Source: a virus
Strand: one strand, 5' to 3'
IMG/VR virus record: IMGVR_UViG_3300023174_000133
Coordinates: 1 to 64,000 of that record
Length of the DNA: 64,000 bases
Both the position numbers and the translations under genes were made by a program. Under the pieces are notes generated by a model. It did no database searches and was not told the origin of the DNA. It saw only the letters and a list, made by a program, of their open reading frames with translations. Shown one piece after another: positions 38,520-48,486 of this stretch. Numbering within the stretch: the first letter of the stretch is position 1; every line of letters begins with the position of its first letter.

Positions 38520-38737
38520 TCTTCTGTCACAATCGCAGGACCACTGTCAGTTTCGAAAATCTCACCAGATTCTGAGCATGAACAGACAACGCATCGATCG
38601 CCACATCGCCAGAAAGTACCAGGTTCGTGTTTGTATCCTCGACTATCAACGCATGCAATGGCATCGATTGCTGTATCGAACGTGTCATTTTCAATCTCTT
38701 GATTCGCGCATGCAAACAAGAAGAGTAACATTGACAT
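38474..38737 (-). CDS. Cys-rich lipoprotein (VWC/pacifastin-like motif)
   Basis: MSMLLFLFAC lipobox; CVDSRG...PGTFWRCGDRCVVCSC..SG. Confidence 0.55.
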   Translation of the reverse strand: MSMLLFLFACANQEIENDTFDTAIDAIACVDSRGYKHEPGTFWRCGDRCVVCSCSESGEIFETDSGPAIVTEECSKYTGHSLPRSPK

Positions 38738-38756
38738 TTTCTTCTCTCTTTTTAAA

Positions 38757-38990
38757 GGGGCCCTGGGTCGCATCACGTCTGGTGCAAACCCTTCCAGTTA
38801 CTTGTGATTAGCTGTCGCCCGGGACCAGGCGAAGTCGAACAAAGACACTCCGACGACCAAGGAGGGATTGGGTACACGCAGCCAATCCCCTGCGACGAGA
38901 ACGGTAAGGAAACAAATCCAAACTCAAAGTGGGACCTTGCGGGGTCGTCGCACTCTTTTCTCGATTTTAGCCGGCAAAAAGCCGACTGTA
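38757..38990 (-). ncRNA. candidate structured non-coding RNA or leader
   Basis: GC-rich gap with six or more stems; G-U pairs and a GCAA tetraloop favour the minus strand. Confidence 0.45.
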
Positions 38991-39018
38991 ACAGTACTAT
39001 TTTATAGAACTATATAAG

Positions 39019-39095
39019 TGGTAGGGCGTCTCGGACTTGAACCGAGAACCCGCGGCTTATGAGACCGCTGCTCTAACCGATTGAGCTAACGCCCT
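39019..39095 (-). tRNA. tRNA(CAT), probably Ile2 (lysidine substrate)
   Basis: GCGGT-CTCATAA-GCCGC, Ile-like D arm, paired 1:72 (not an initiator), CCA; tilS is 500 bp downstream. Confidence 0.88.
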
Positions 39096-39169
39096 TCGAA
39101 ACTAAGTTTTAGCGAATCAACAAATTCTTTTTTATTTCTTCGTGTTCGTTACCAACCAAAGACTTAGAT

Positions 39170-39197
39170 AATATAACTTATTTCTCTCTGCTTTACA
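39170..39197 (-). promoter_or_regulatory. class A promoter-like motif TGTAAA-N16-TATATT
   Basis: Upstream of the tRNA(CAT)-tilS unit. Confidence 0.55.
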
Positions 39198-39206
39198 CGT
39201 CTTTGA

Positions 39207-39518
39207 TTAAATTTTCTTATTTATTTTTTCGCCGTGTTCAAGTGTGTAAGTCACTACCGAAGCGTTTCGAGTGTAGATGTCCAGTCGAACAAAACGAAAG
39301 TTACTAGAAATCAAGTCTAATTGCTCAATATCTTTATTCTCTATCGCGTGAAAACTTGAAAAATACGAGACGTTTTTTGATGCTCGTTTTTTATCGCTTG
39401 TCTCTTCTGCCTCGTCAATCGCTTCATGTGAAATAAGACCTGGTTTAAACTTTCCTTTTCTAAATCGGGACATGTCGACCACAAAGTCAGGAAATAATTC
39501 AATAACGTTGAAGCTCAC
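39207..39518 (-). CDS. hypothetical protein
   Basis: ORF with GGGG ribosome-binding site. Confidence 0.5.
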   Translation of the reverse strand: MSFNVIELFPDFVVDMSRFRKGKFKPGLISHEAIDEAEETSDKKRASKNVSYFSSFHAIENKDIEQLDLISSNFRFVRLDIYTRNASVVTYTLEHGEKINKKI

Positions 39519-39566
39519 AATATGAATCCCCTACTAATTAAATTATTGTATTGAACGTTCGAGATA

Positions 39567-42500
39567 TTAATACTTAATCCACGAAATAGAGTCCAAGAAT
39601 ATAGTACCACCTGGTGTACTTAAGATATATACATCACCGTCTGACTGTACTGCGATAGCAGCTACGCCAGAAGATGTCGGAACTGAAAACACGTGTGTTT
39701 TATCAGGATACAAACCAGTTGTAAGAGTCGATATAACGGTGTGATTATTACCGCCTGTGACAGCTCCTGATAAGCTTACACGACCGGTCACATCTTTAGA
39801 AATCGAAGCATCATCATAATTCCCGCCAGCGTTTGACCATCCATTTTTTAGGTTCAAGGCAACTTTTTTCCTTGGAGAAGCGGGAACTGTTAAAAGATCG
39901 TCAGAGATGATACATGAACCATCGAAGTAAGTTGAACCTTCGGTCGCTTTAGAATCATATCGACCGAAGATGTCTCCGTTAGTTGAAGTTCTATATACGT
40001 CATTTTCAAGCGATAATCTATATTGTTGAGCCCAACCCGCTGGAAAAATCGTGTATGGTGCCTTCGCTTCTTGGATATCTTGGGGCGTAGTAGAAGACAT
40101 GAGCGCTGTATTAGCCATAACTTTAGAACCCTTCGAAGCCCAAATGTCCCAGTTCCAGTCCGCCCCAGCAGGAGCTCCTACTACATTAGTTCTATAAATC
40201 GGCCCTAAATAAGATGGAGAACAATCCTCTAAACGAAAGGCGTACGCCGTCTCATCAAACCAGTTCCAATGCCCACCTTGTGGGTTATAAACTACTTTCG
40301 ACGAAGTTATATCAACGCCCATCATTTCGCGCCAGGTATTACCTGCCCTAAGATTAAGAAGAGAATTCGAAGCCACTACGAATCTATGAGATATTCCACC
40401 GTATCCAGATGGGGTAGAACCGTAGAATATCACTTGCGTTCCTAATACACCGTCGACTGCGACTCCTTCCATCTCGAGAATTCCCGTGTGTCGACAAATC
40501 TGCCAGAACCCTTGATTATAACCGCCACCGTGTGGAGCGAAATAACTTCTTCGTAAATATAAAATTCCACCATTTCTACAACATAAATTTAAATCTCGCC
40601 ATTCAACGCCTACGACAACAACCTGTGAACCACCTGTAATATTAAGCATCGGGCTATCGTAATTGTAAGGTTGCGTATTATTGTAATCAGTAGAACCAAT
40701 CGTGTATGGATTTCCTTTAAAAAATTTAACGCCTGTTAATATAACATCGACAAACTTTAAATCCCAACAATTAGAAATGAATTGAAATCTATCGAATGAA
40801 TATTCAAGAGTAGTTAGGTGTTTAATTAAACCGAGCGTTTGACCCGGGGTCAAAAGACCAGCTTCATAAATTTCGCCTGGCCGTTCAGCTGCACAATATA
40901 ATACGTTTCCGACGTTTTTAGAAACGATTAACCGTCGATACGTAGGCTCGTCTGCATTATTAAACTGTAACAGTCTTCCGCGCCAGGCGTCGTTCTGCAA
41001 CGTGCTACCATCTATAGTTACAATGATAGGTCCAACGCTTAAGTGACCCGTTCTTTGAACAGATAAAATTGTTCTATTATCTTCTATAGCTATTGTGCCT
41101 CTAATCTGTGTAGAGTGCACACCTTCTATAGAAGGTATACGATAAGTTCCTGGTCCAATTTCTATAAATTTAGAGGGAACTCCATGTCCATCACCAATTT
41201 GAAAAGAGTTGACGAGACCATTGGCTCTGGTAGGTACATCTTTGAATCGTTCCAGAGCCTCATTTAACGTTTTTATTTGAGATTTATAGTGTCTACCATG
41301 ATTCGCATCATTTCCACTTGAGGAAACATAAAGAACCTGTTCTCTATCCGAGACTTTCGTATGAGTCCCGGAAGTTTTTTTCATTTCTTTTTCAATCCAC
41401 GATGTTAATTTTTCTAGTTCAACTCTTGTTAATTCTCTATTAAACTGAAAATAGAATCTCATATCGACGTTATCGATATCAACGCTCGAATTACCTGAAC
41501 CGTAATTATTCATACCAAACATGACGAATCGATAGTTTGAAGGGTCGCCGATCTTTAAATCGTCGAAATCCATAGCAGTAGGAACTTCCTGCGGATTCCA
41601 GCTTCCGTCAGAATTATCTCTTAAAGGACCGCCGAAACGATTTTGTTCATAAAATGAAGTTTTATTTGCATGATTGATACAATTAGTCAAAACGTGCCAA
41701 TTACCATCAATCACATCATTACCCTGAAATACGATACCTGCCCCGCTCGCTTTGGCAGTTATAAACGAAGTGTGATTTTGTTCAGTATGACCAGGTTGCG
41801 CAAGATAAAAACTCCAACCTGTATTAATAGTTCCTTGAACGAATGGGTAATCTGTGTGACTTATTAGTAATTGTCCATTTGTTCTGGCTCGCGCAGTAGA
41901 TTTAATAACAGTGACTATCGTAATGCCATTTTCGGATAGACCAAGATTATTATTGGGAGGCTCTATGTGCATGCGTTGATTCCAAGAACGAACGCTGACG
42001 ACGGGAGCGTCGCCAAAACCTTCAGTCGCTTGTAGTATGTTAGGTCTATTCGCGGCCGTTGGTTGAACGAGAAGTCTACCTGCAGGACTTCTATCTCTCC
42101 ATGATTCAACTTTACCGTTAATGTCGAGTGTAATTCCGACGTTACTATCGAACCAAAGTTGCAAACCAGGTATATCAAGTGGAGACCACTGCGTGTCTAT
42201 CCACTGTTGTAAATTAATATCGCCCGACGGGACTTGAACAAGCGAAATACTATTCGCGGACGTAGGAGAAATACTCGGGACCGAAGTAGCCGCCCACTGT
42301 GTTCCATTCCAAACTAATGCCTTGCCGTTATCTTGTTGTCCCAACGTAGCGTTTGAAACAGCATTCCCTCTTATAGCTTTTACGTTCGGATTCGGAAAAT
42401 TGCCATCTAAATCACCGGCAGCTATGCCCGTTGATGGACCAGTCGCACCTTGCGCTCCATTTTGACCAGCTGCGCCTTGAGGACCTTGCGCGCCAGTTGC

Positions 42501-42968
42501 TCCTTGAGGGCCGGAGATACCATCGATACCTCTTGCACCCTGAACTCCTGTAGCTCCCGTATCACCTTTAGGACCTTGTGGACCGGTCGCGCCTTGTGCA
42601 CCTGTAGCTCCCGTATCACCTTTAGGACCTTGTACTCCTGCGCCTTGTCCTGATGGTCCTTGCGGACCTTGCTGTCCCGGATTGCCCTGTTCGCCCTTAG
42701 GACCTCGTAATCCTTGCGATCCACGAGCACCGGCAGGACCCTGAGGCCCTTGTCTACCTTCGACGAGTGTATTAAAATCTACAGCATTAGTGCCCTGATT
42801 TTTAAACTGTAGTTGACCACCTTCGTTGATGTATATCGAAGCAGATACACTACCACTTTCGAAATTTAAAGAACCACTATTGACTAACGTGATATTGTTA
42901 TTTCCAAATCTAAGCTTAGACATGAGTATCCTAATTTGTTGACAGATATACCTATCAATCAAGGACAT
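39567..42968 (-). CDS. tail fibre/tailspike: collagen + LamG-like + beta-helix + C-terminal fibre domain
   Basis: (GXY)n; [45 protein letters not shown]. Confidence 0.75.
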   Translation of the reverse strand: MSLIDRYICQQIRILMSKLRFGNNNITLVNSGSLNFESGSVSASIYINEGGQLQFKNQGTNAVDFNTLVEGRQGPQGPAGARGSQGLRGPKGEQGNPGQQGPQGPSGQGAGVQGPKGDTGATGAQGATGPQGPKGDTGATGVQGARGIDGISGPQGATGAQGPQGAAGQNGAQGATGPSTGIAAGDLDGNFPNPNVKAIRGNAVSNATLGQQDNGKALVWNGTQWAATSVPSISPTSANSISLVQVPSGDINLQQWIDTQWSPLDIPGLQLWFDSNVGITLDINGKVESWRDRSPAGRLLVQPTAANRPNILQATEGFGDAPVVSVRSWNQRMHIEPPNNNLGLSENGITIVTVIKSTARARTNGQLLISHTDYPFVQGTINTGWSFYLAQPGHTEQNHTSFITAKASGAGIVFQGNDVIDGNWHVLTNCINHANKTSFYEQNRFGGPLRDNSDGSWNPQEVPTAMDFDDLKIGDPSNYRFVMFGMNNYGSGNSSVDIDNVDMRFYFQFNRELTRVELEKLTSWIEKEMKKTSGTHTKVSDREQVLYVSSSGNDANHGRHYKSQIKTLNEALERFKDVPTRANGLVNSFQIGDGHGVPSKFIEIGPGTYRIPSIEGVHSTQIRGTIAIEDNRTILSVQRTGHLSVGPIIVTIDGSTLQNDAWRGRLLQFNNADEPTYRRLIVSKNVGNVLYCAAERPGEIYEAGLLTPGQTLGLIKHLTTLEYSFDRFQFISNCWDLKFVDVILTGVKFFKGNPYTIGSTDYNNTQPYNYDSPMLNITGGSQVVVVGVEWRDLNLCCRNGGILYLRRSYFAPHGGGYNQGFWQICRHTGILEMEGVAVDGVLGTQVIFYGSTPSGYGGISHRFVVASNSLLNLRAGNTWREMMGVDITSSKVVYNPQGGHWNWFDETAYAFRLEDCSPSYLGPIYRTNVVGAPAGADWNWDIWASKGSKVMANTALMSSTTPQDIQEAKAPYTIFPAGWAQQYRLSLENDVYRTSTNGDIFGRYDSKATEGSTYFDGSCIISDDLLTVPASPRKKVALNLKNGWSNAGGNYDDASISKDVTGRVSLSGAVTGGNNHTVISTLTTGLYPDKTHVFSVPTSSGVAAIAVQSDGDVYILSTPGGTIFLDSISWIKY

Positions 42969-43233
42969 CTATATTCGGGTCTATTGGCAACGATTCTGAC
43001 ATTCTTAAAGCATGATCGGCTGCGTTTTTAAATGATTCGGCCATCCATCGACGAGTGGTAATCGACTGTCTTACGTTTTCTTTGGCAAGCATGCCGTTTT
43101 CACAAGCTTTAAGCTCGAGTTTTTCTGCGTCTTCTCTATAAGACGAATACATTTCCATCGCCCACTTCGCGAAGGAAATAAGTCCATCACGATTTCCACG
43201 TTGATACGCGGTTAGAACGACGTCACTTTCCAT
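42955..43233 (-). CDS. hypothetical protein
   Basis: ORF in an operon. Confidence 0.55.
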   Translation of the reverse strand: MESDVVLTAYQRGNRDGLISFAKWAMEMYSSYREDAEKLELKACENGMLAKENVRQSITTRRWMAESFKNAADHALRMSESLPIDPNIDVLD

Positions 43234-43441
43234 ACTTCATCTCGATTACGCCCGGGTTTCTTTCTTCGCAGGCGCAGTCGTAACCATTAATGCCTTGCTT
43301 TACGTGATAAGCGAGAGGCATACACATAGAATGGCATTCTTTTTCAATTTCTTTATTTTTAGAATGCATTATGAAGAGAAACATGAGTATTAAGACTACG
43401 AAAAATGCGACTTCGATGAATTCTTGTCTGTCTTTGCTCAT
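43223..43441 (-). CDS. small membrane protein with Cys-rich domain
   Basis: One transmembrane segment, C..C...CAC. Confidence 0.55.
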   Translation of the reverse strand: MSKDRQEFIEVAFFVVLILMFLFIMHSKNKEIEKECHSMCMPLAYHVKQGINGYDCACEERNPGVIEMKYGK

Positions 43442-43476
43442 GATTCACCTAAAATATTTATCAAACGCGTCTACTA

Positions 43477-43638
43477 CTACGCATGAACTGATACAAGTCG
43501 ACCCGTGCCGTTAAATTCATTTTGAATTTTAGCAATCGCCTCGAGGACAGTAACGTAAGTCCTTTGAGGCCTAATGACTTCTTCGCGCGCGGGTAAAGAA
43601 GGCACTTGATAGTATTGCTGGATAAAATTGACTTGCAT
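43477..43638 (-). CDS. small hypothetical protein (53 aa, not in track)
   Basis: AGGAG ribosome-binding site; MQVNFIQQ...VSVHA; ends TAG TAG TAG. Confidence 0.5.
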   Translation of the reverse strand: MQVNFIQQYYQVPSLPAREEVIRPQRTYVTVLEAIAKIQNEFNGTGRLVSVHA

Positions 43639-43647
43639 GTTTTCTCC

Positions 43648-43857
43648 TTATTCTTTTCCTAAAACACGACGGCAAATATCTCGCCAGATCCCATTAAATT
43701 GTTGTCGAAGTTCCCTGGATTTTGGGGGAAGTAAGTGTGAAGTTCCAATAGCAATATTTCTAAGTTCTTGTTTCGTTAAGTTCGGGTGTAATTCTAACAT
43801 TTTCTCGAGAGCTTCATCATCAATGGCCAGTTCTTCTTCGAACGTCAAAAAACGCAA
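43648..43857 (-). CDS. hypothetical protein
   Basis: GGAGG ribosome-binding site, TTG start. Confidence 0.55.
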   Translation of the reverse strand: MRFLTFEEELAIDDEALEKMLELHPNLTKQELRNIAIGTSHLLPPKSRELRQQFNGIWRDICRRVLGKE

Positions 43858-43901
43858 TAAAACCTCCCAGTAATTTATTATAGGACAGTTATGATAGTTT
43901 T

Positions 43902-44285
43902 TTAAACATTTCTATTAGTAGCTGATTTTATGAATTCTATCGTAGTCTGGAGATTAGCAACTATCTTGGTCGCTTCGTGTGTCGCGTGGACCCATTCTTC
44001 GTGCGATTCTGGTCGTGTTTCTTCTTTTAAGATGAAAGTGAGAAGATCTTTAAATAGAGTGACCTTCTCAGTATTAGTTTCTATAGGAACTTCGATGATT
44101 CTCGTTTCTAATTTTTCACCACGAAGTTTTTCTTCAAGAGATATTATGTAATTTGCTTGTGAACGAATCACAGACAATAAATCCACAGGAGCAAGATACT
44201 CGTGTAAAGGATTTGATTGATAGTGAGTCTGTGGTGGACATGCAGTTGAATCATGTCGTCGACCACAAAATGAGCAAAAAATCAT
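43902..44285 (-). CDS. hypothetical protein with N-terminal Zn knuckle
   Basis: CSFCGRRH....C. Confidence 0.55.
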   Translation of the reverse strand: MIFCSFCGRRHDSTACPPQTHYQSNPLHEYLAPVDLLSVIRSQANYIISLEEKLRGEKLETRIIEVPIETNTEKVTLFKDLLTFILKEETRPESHEEWVHATHEATKIVANLQTTIEFIKSATNRNV

Positions 44286-44292
44286 ATTATTT

Positions 44293-44565
44293 TTAACGAT
44301 TCTCTGGAGGAAGCGCGCCCAACGCTTCGTCTTTCATCATTTTTACTTTCGCGAGGACTTTATCGATCATGGGTTTTGACATCCCCGCCGCGGCGAGAGC
44401 TGACACGAGAACAGCCGGTGCAATCATACCGAGATCCATGCCCGCCATCGAAGAGCCAACATTGCTGAAAGCAGCTGCGACTTCTGGACCCATTTCGTTT
44501 AACTTTTTCTTTGCAACAATTTCTTCGCGAATGATCTTACGAAGTTGTGACTCTGTGATTTTCAT
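44293..44565 (-). CDS. small tagged protein with hydrophobic helix
   Basis: MKITESQLRKIIREEIVAKKKLNEM. Confidence 0.65.
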   Translation of the reverse strand: MKITESQLRKIIREEIVAKKKLNEMGPEVAAAFSNVGSSMAGMDLGMIAPAVLVSALAAAGMSKPMIDKVLAKVKMMKDEALGALPPENR

Positions 44566-44816
44566 TTGACCCTCTGGTTTGATTTGTTTTGTTGAGTAGA
44601 AGCTAATTTAGCTATGCGATCTTTCATTCGCATCCAAGTAGAAAAAAGAAACGTACCTGTAAGTGCTGCTGTAATTATTTCAATTGCGTACATCACCTGC
44701 TCGGGCGTCGCAGTGGCCTGATTAAATCCACTCACAACTTGAGAAGCGACGTCAGCCGACTCGTTAATACTTTTTAATTCTTTTCTAATAGCAAGTCGTA
44801 ATTCGTTTTCGTTCAT
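44562..44816 (-). CDS. small tagged protein with hydrophobic helix
   Basis: MNENELRLAIRKELKSINES. Confidence 0.65.
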   Translation of the reverse strand: MNENELRLAIRKELKSINESADVASQVVSGFNQATATPEQVMYAIEIITAALTGTFLFSTWMRMKDRIAKLASTQQNKSNQRVK

Positions 44817-44877
44817 CGTTCCGCCATAAAATTATATCTATATAGTATCAACGCATCGGTGTTGAATATTATTCACG

Positions 44878-45177
44878 CTATATTTTATTCTGCAACGAAA
44901 TATCGATTAGGTGTCGACCATCGAACCAATAGTAACCACCACGAATTAATACTTTGAACCAAGACGTCCCGCTAAGATTGTCGCCTCTCTCGACGACCAG
45001 GCCAACTTCGTTTTTGTCAGGAGTTATTTGTTTTTCTTTTGTTGAAGCTCGAATCCACGCATTTTGTAAAGACGTATAGCCACTCAGCGGCTCTAAAAAA
45101 CCCACAGGTGGCTCGATGTCTATACCGAAGTCTACATCCATAAACGAGACTATGTCACCTATTCTGACGTCTTTCAT
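44878..45177 (-). CDS. SH3/KOW-like hypothetical protein
   Basis: VRIGDIV...GLVVE..WFKVL. Confidence 0.55.
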   Translation of the reverse strand: MKDVRIGDIVSFMDVDFGIDIEPPVGFLEPLSGYTSLQNAWIRASTKEKQITPDKNEVGLVVERGDNLSGTSWFKVLIRGGYYWFDGRHLIDISLQNKI

Positions 45178-45574
45178 TTCTGCTCTGTAAACATGATTCA
45201 CAAGTCGTCGACCACCATCCAGCAGTATCCAGTTTACCAGGCGCACCACAATCTTCACACGTCTTACAAGATTCTTTTTCTGCCGTGCCAATCAATTTGT
45301 AGATGTAGTCGTCGCCACCGTTTACGTAAAAACGAAGGCCTCCGAACTTCTCCTTAACTTGCACTGCGACGACTTGAAATTCAGGGGCACCGTTTGTCTT
45401 CTTCTCATCGCAATATGTCTGAATGCCTTCACACAAATTGTCAATGATTCCATACCACCCATCGCCGTGACAGAATCCATAACACATCAAGGTCGCCCTA
45501 TCATCGTTAAGAGTCCTGTCTTTAAAAATTAGAGGATACTTCTGACAAAGCTTTTCATCAAGTTCCGGACTCAT
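45155..45574 (-). CDS. phage protein with QVKEKFGGLRFY motif and CxxC
   Basis: GDGWY, QVKEKFGGLRFY, CEDCG..TTC. Confidence 0.75.
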   Translation of the reverse strand: MSPELDEKLCQKYPLIFKDRTLNDDRATLMCYGFCHGDGWYGIIDNLCEGIQTYCDEKKTNGAPEFQVVAVQVKEKFGGLRFYVNGGDDYIYKLIGTAEKESCKTCEDCGAPGKLDTAGWWSTTCESCLQSRNERRQNR

Positions 45575-45767
45575 TTCTCTTCTCCTCGATAAATTTCGAA
45601 AGCTCACGAGTTAAAATTTCATTCAAAGATGCGTCGTCACCAGGTTCCAGCCCAAACGCACGGTAAAACTCGTCATCTCTTTCTGACTCTATTTTAATTT
45701 CGACACTCGTCCTATTAAGCTCGACGCTCTTCAACCAGTCTGGATTCTTACCCTTCATTTGAGACAT
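45558..45767 (-). CDS. hypothetical protein (paralog of 45748..45954)
   Basis: EFYRAFGLEPGD. Confidence 0.55.
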   Translation of the reverse strand: MSQMKGKNPDWLKSVELNRTSVEIKIESERDDEFYRAFGLEPGDDASLNEILTRELSKFIEEKRNESGT

Positions 45768-45954
45768 CTTGCTTTTGGCTCATGAAATTTTCTAAGGCCT
45801 GTATGATTACATTTCGCAGCCCTTCTTCATCGCCTAACTTAAGACCAAAAGAAGCATAAAACTGTTCTTCCATTCCATCTTCGATCTCCAAATCAAACGT
45901 CCCGTCTTCGTTTTCTACGATGCCTTTGAGTCCTGGTACTTTTTGATCACTCAT
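45748..45954 (-). CDS. hypothetical protein (paralog of 45558..45767)
   Basis: QFYASFGLKLGD. Confidence 0.55.
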   Translation of the reverse strand: MSDQKVPGLKGIVENEDGTFDLEIEDGMEEQFYASFGLKLGDEEGLRNVIIQALENFMSQKQDVSNEG

Positions 45955-46252
45955 TTTTGTTCTCCTTTTTACTCTTGAAATTTTTGATTAATTCTTCGAT
46001 GTATTCGGTATCGATTTCTATTTTCTGGTGGTCTCGATCAGGATTTTTTGCCCAATGTGATTGTAACCATGCTTCGACGATCTTACGCCAGACAGTAACG
46101 TCGATTCCAACGATAAGTTCTCCACACGGAGAGCTCCGGTATTCTACATCTGATACTTTACTTTCAATTTCAAGCCACACTTTGTCAGTGTCGAAACACT
46201 CTTCGTATAGATGATAATCGTCTCCGTATCCAATCGTGCAGCGGGTGCTCAT
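45947..46252 (-). CDS. hypothetical protein
   Basis: MSTRCTI..YHLYEECFD. Confidence 0.6.
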   Translation of the reverse strand: MSTRCTIGYGDDYHLYEECFDTDKVWLEIESKVSDVEYRSSPCGELIVGIDVTVWRKIVEAWLQSHWAKNPDRDHQKIEIDTEYIEELIKNFKSKKENKNE

Positions 46253-46465
46253 TTTCTTTGACCTCTGTAATATATTTTTCGAATTCTGTGTTGAAATCTT
46301 CGACCAACATTTCAACATAAGCTGCTAATACAATAGTAACAAATAGAGCAGATAATGAACACGTCAGAGAAGAAATAATGCATGAAAAAATACGAGACCT
46401 TAGGGTAGGCTTTTCCATACAAATTTACCCCCATATTTAAGAATATATAGTATCAGAAGGACAAT

Positions 46466-47227
46466 ATGAATAAATTTTCTTTAGGTGTATTCGCGGGTGG
46501 ATACAAACCATTCACGCTCGGACATTTTTCTATGCTTGCGTTAGCAGCTAACGAAAATGATAGGGCAGTTTTATTATACGGTTTGTCGGCCCGTGAAACG
46601 CCTGGTTCTGAATTCGAATACACTTCGCAAATGGCAAAAGAAATATTCGAAATAAACAAAACTGCGATAGAAAGAGAGATGGGTAACGTCGAAGTTTTAG
46701 AAGCGAAACCAACGCCCATCGCTGCAGTCTTTCTAACAATTGAAGCGATGAAAGATAATATGACTTCGGGAATAAACCCGTTAGTTCAACTCGGAATAAA
46801 TCCAGCGTCTATCTCAAAATTGACAATTTACGACGGCCCTGATGATATCACAAGATATTCAAAATACGCAGGCGACCCAGTAAAACGAGAAAAATATTTC
46901 GGTGATATGTTAGAGACGGGACGAATTAGGTTCGACAGCGGCCCAGGAGAATCCCGAGGATACGCGGGAATGTTGGCTGTCGTTAAAAAATGGGCAAAAA
47001 AAGACATGAGCGATGTAGATCTCCAACAAATTCGTGGGACAGCTATTAGAAAGATGGTCGCATCGGGAGCTGGACTCGAAGAATTTAAGAATGTAATACC
47101 ACCGATTTATAACGACGAAGAAGCCTCGAGAATATTCGAAATTATGAAAACTGGTGTGAAAAATAAAATACAATCGAATGTTTCTGAAACACTTAGGGCG
47201 ACCATTCGCGCCTTGATTATGGGATAA
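46466..47227 (+). CDS. HIGH-family nucleotidyltransferase with C-terminal tag
   Basis: FAGGYKPFTLGH, IRGTAIRK (SST-like motif); ends SETLRATIRALIMG. Confidence 0.75.
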   Translation: MNKFSLGVFAGGYKPFTLGHFSMLALAANENDRAVLLYGLSARETPGSEFEYTSQMAKEIFEINKTAIEREMGNVEVLEAKPTPIAAVFLTIEAMKDNMTSGINPLVQLGINPASISKLTIYDGPDDITRYSKYAGDPVKREKYFGDMLETGRIRFDSGPGESRGYAGMLAVVKKWAKKDMSDVDLQQIRGTAIRKMVASGAGLEEFKNVIPPIYNDEEASRIFEIMKTGVKNKIQSNVSETLRATIRALIMG

Positions 47228-47229
47228 AA

Positions 47230-48486
47230 ATGAGCGGTGCAGCTGGACATTTAATGCATTTGTATGATGACACCGAATTAACGTTCGCTGAAATCAAAGA
47301 CATATTGACGCGTGCCTCAAAAGGACAACTCGAACAAGTCACAGAAAAATTAGACGGTCGAAACATAGTCTTCACGTGGAATATCGAACAAAACGACCTT
47401 AAAGTTGCAAGGTCAGCTGGAGATATTAAATCGGGTGGCATGAACGCGACGGAACTCGCGCAAAAATTTCAAGGTCGTGAGTCTTTAGAAGAAGCTTTCA
47501 ATTCTGCGTTTTCTGTTCTAAGAACTTCGATATCATCATTAGATGATGCGCAACGCTTCAAAGTATTCGGTTCTACAGGAAATAAATGGTATTCTGCAGA
47601 AATAATTTATGCTGCAAGTCCGAACGTCGTTAGTTATGACTCGAATTCAGTTGTGTTTCACGGGTTCCCAGTATTCGATGTCGATTCTGCAGGAAACGTA
47701 GAACAAATTGACGATTCATCTGGTATAGAGATATTATCTTCGAATATCGAAAAGATGCAGCGCGCGCTAAAAGGAAAAGATTGGACGGTACACGGACCCG
47801 CGATCGTTTCTATGAAAGAAATGTCCGATGGTTCTGCACTATCACGCGCGATTTCTGCGATAGACAATCTGTTAAGTCAAAATCGAATTACGGACGCCGA
47901 AACGATACAGGACTTCATCGAAGTAGCGCTTACGAAAAAATTAATCGAACTAGGGTTTTCCGGCTCGTTACTTAACTCAGTACAATCAAGAATCTTAAGA
48001 AAGCCTGGTGCTCCCGACCTTAGAGTACTCAAAAAGACTGCTCCAAATTCGAGTGATTTGCTTGACAAAACGATAAAAGGCGGAGATAAGATGATAACGT
48101 CTATACTCTTGCCACTCGATAAAATCATAGGAGCTTTTGCTATTAAAGTACTCGAAGGATTAAAGTCATCGTTCATCGGAGACAATGAAAGAGAAGTTTC
48201 GAGATTAAAACAGGCAACTGACGAAGCCATATCGACAATTAATGGTAGCGGTGACCAAGGCGCAATCGATTTTTTGAATAGACAGCTTGAAAGATTGGGT
48301 TCGACAGAAAATATAAAGTCTGCAGTCGAAGGCGTCGTATTCAGGTATAACGGAAAAACATATAAATTTACAGGTGCGTTCGCCGCCGCAAATCAAATAT
48401 TGGGATTTTATAGATATCGCCGACCGGCTAAAGAACCAATCGGCGAATCGTACTTACGAAATGTTATAAGGCTAATGTTATTTTAG
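47230..48486 (+). CDS. RNA/DNA-ligase-fold nucleotidyltransferase with C-terminal tag
   Basis: GHLMH; TEKLDG (motif I), AEII (III), EGVVF (IV), YKFTG (V); ends ESYLRNVIRLMLF. Confidence 0.65.
   Translation: MSGAAGHLMHLYDDTELTFAEIKDILTRASKGQLEQVTEKLDGRNIVFTWNIEQNDLKVARSAGDIKSGGMNATELAQKFQGRESLEEAFNSAFSVLRTSISSLDDAQRFKVFGSTGNKWYSAEIIYAASPNVVSYDSNSVVFHGFPVFDVDSAGNVEQIDDSSGIEILSSNIEKMQRALKGKDWTVHGPAIVSMKEMSDGSALSRAISAIDNLLSQNRITDAETIQDFIEVALTKKLIELGFSGSLLNSVQSRILRKPGAPDLRVLKKTAPNSSDLLDKTIKGGDKMITSILLPLDKIIGAFAIKVLEGLKSSFIGDNEREVSRLKQATDEAISTINGSGDQGAIDFLNRQLERLGSTENIKSAVEGVVFRYNGKTYKFTGAFAAANQILGFYRYRRPAKEPIGESYLRNVIRLMLF

Noticed and set aside
38757-39007. tmRNA (GGGGCC start) or the plus-strand 67-aa ORF
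   Set aside because: No tRNA-like 3' end or tag reading frame; the ORF lacks a ribosome-binding site and opposes local transcription
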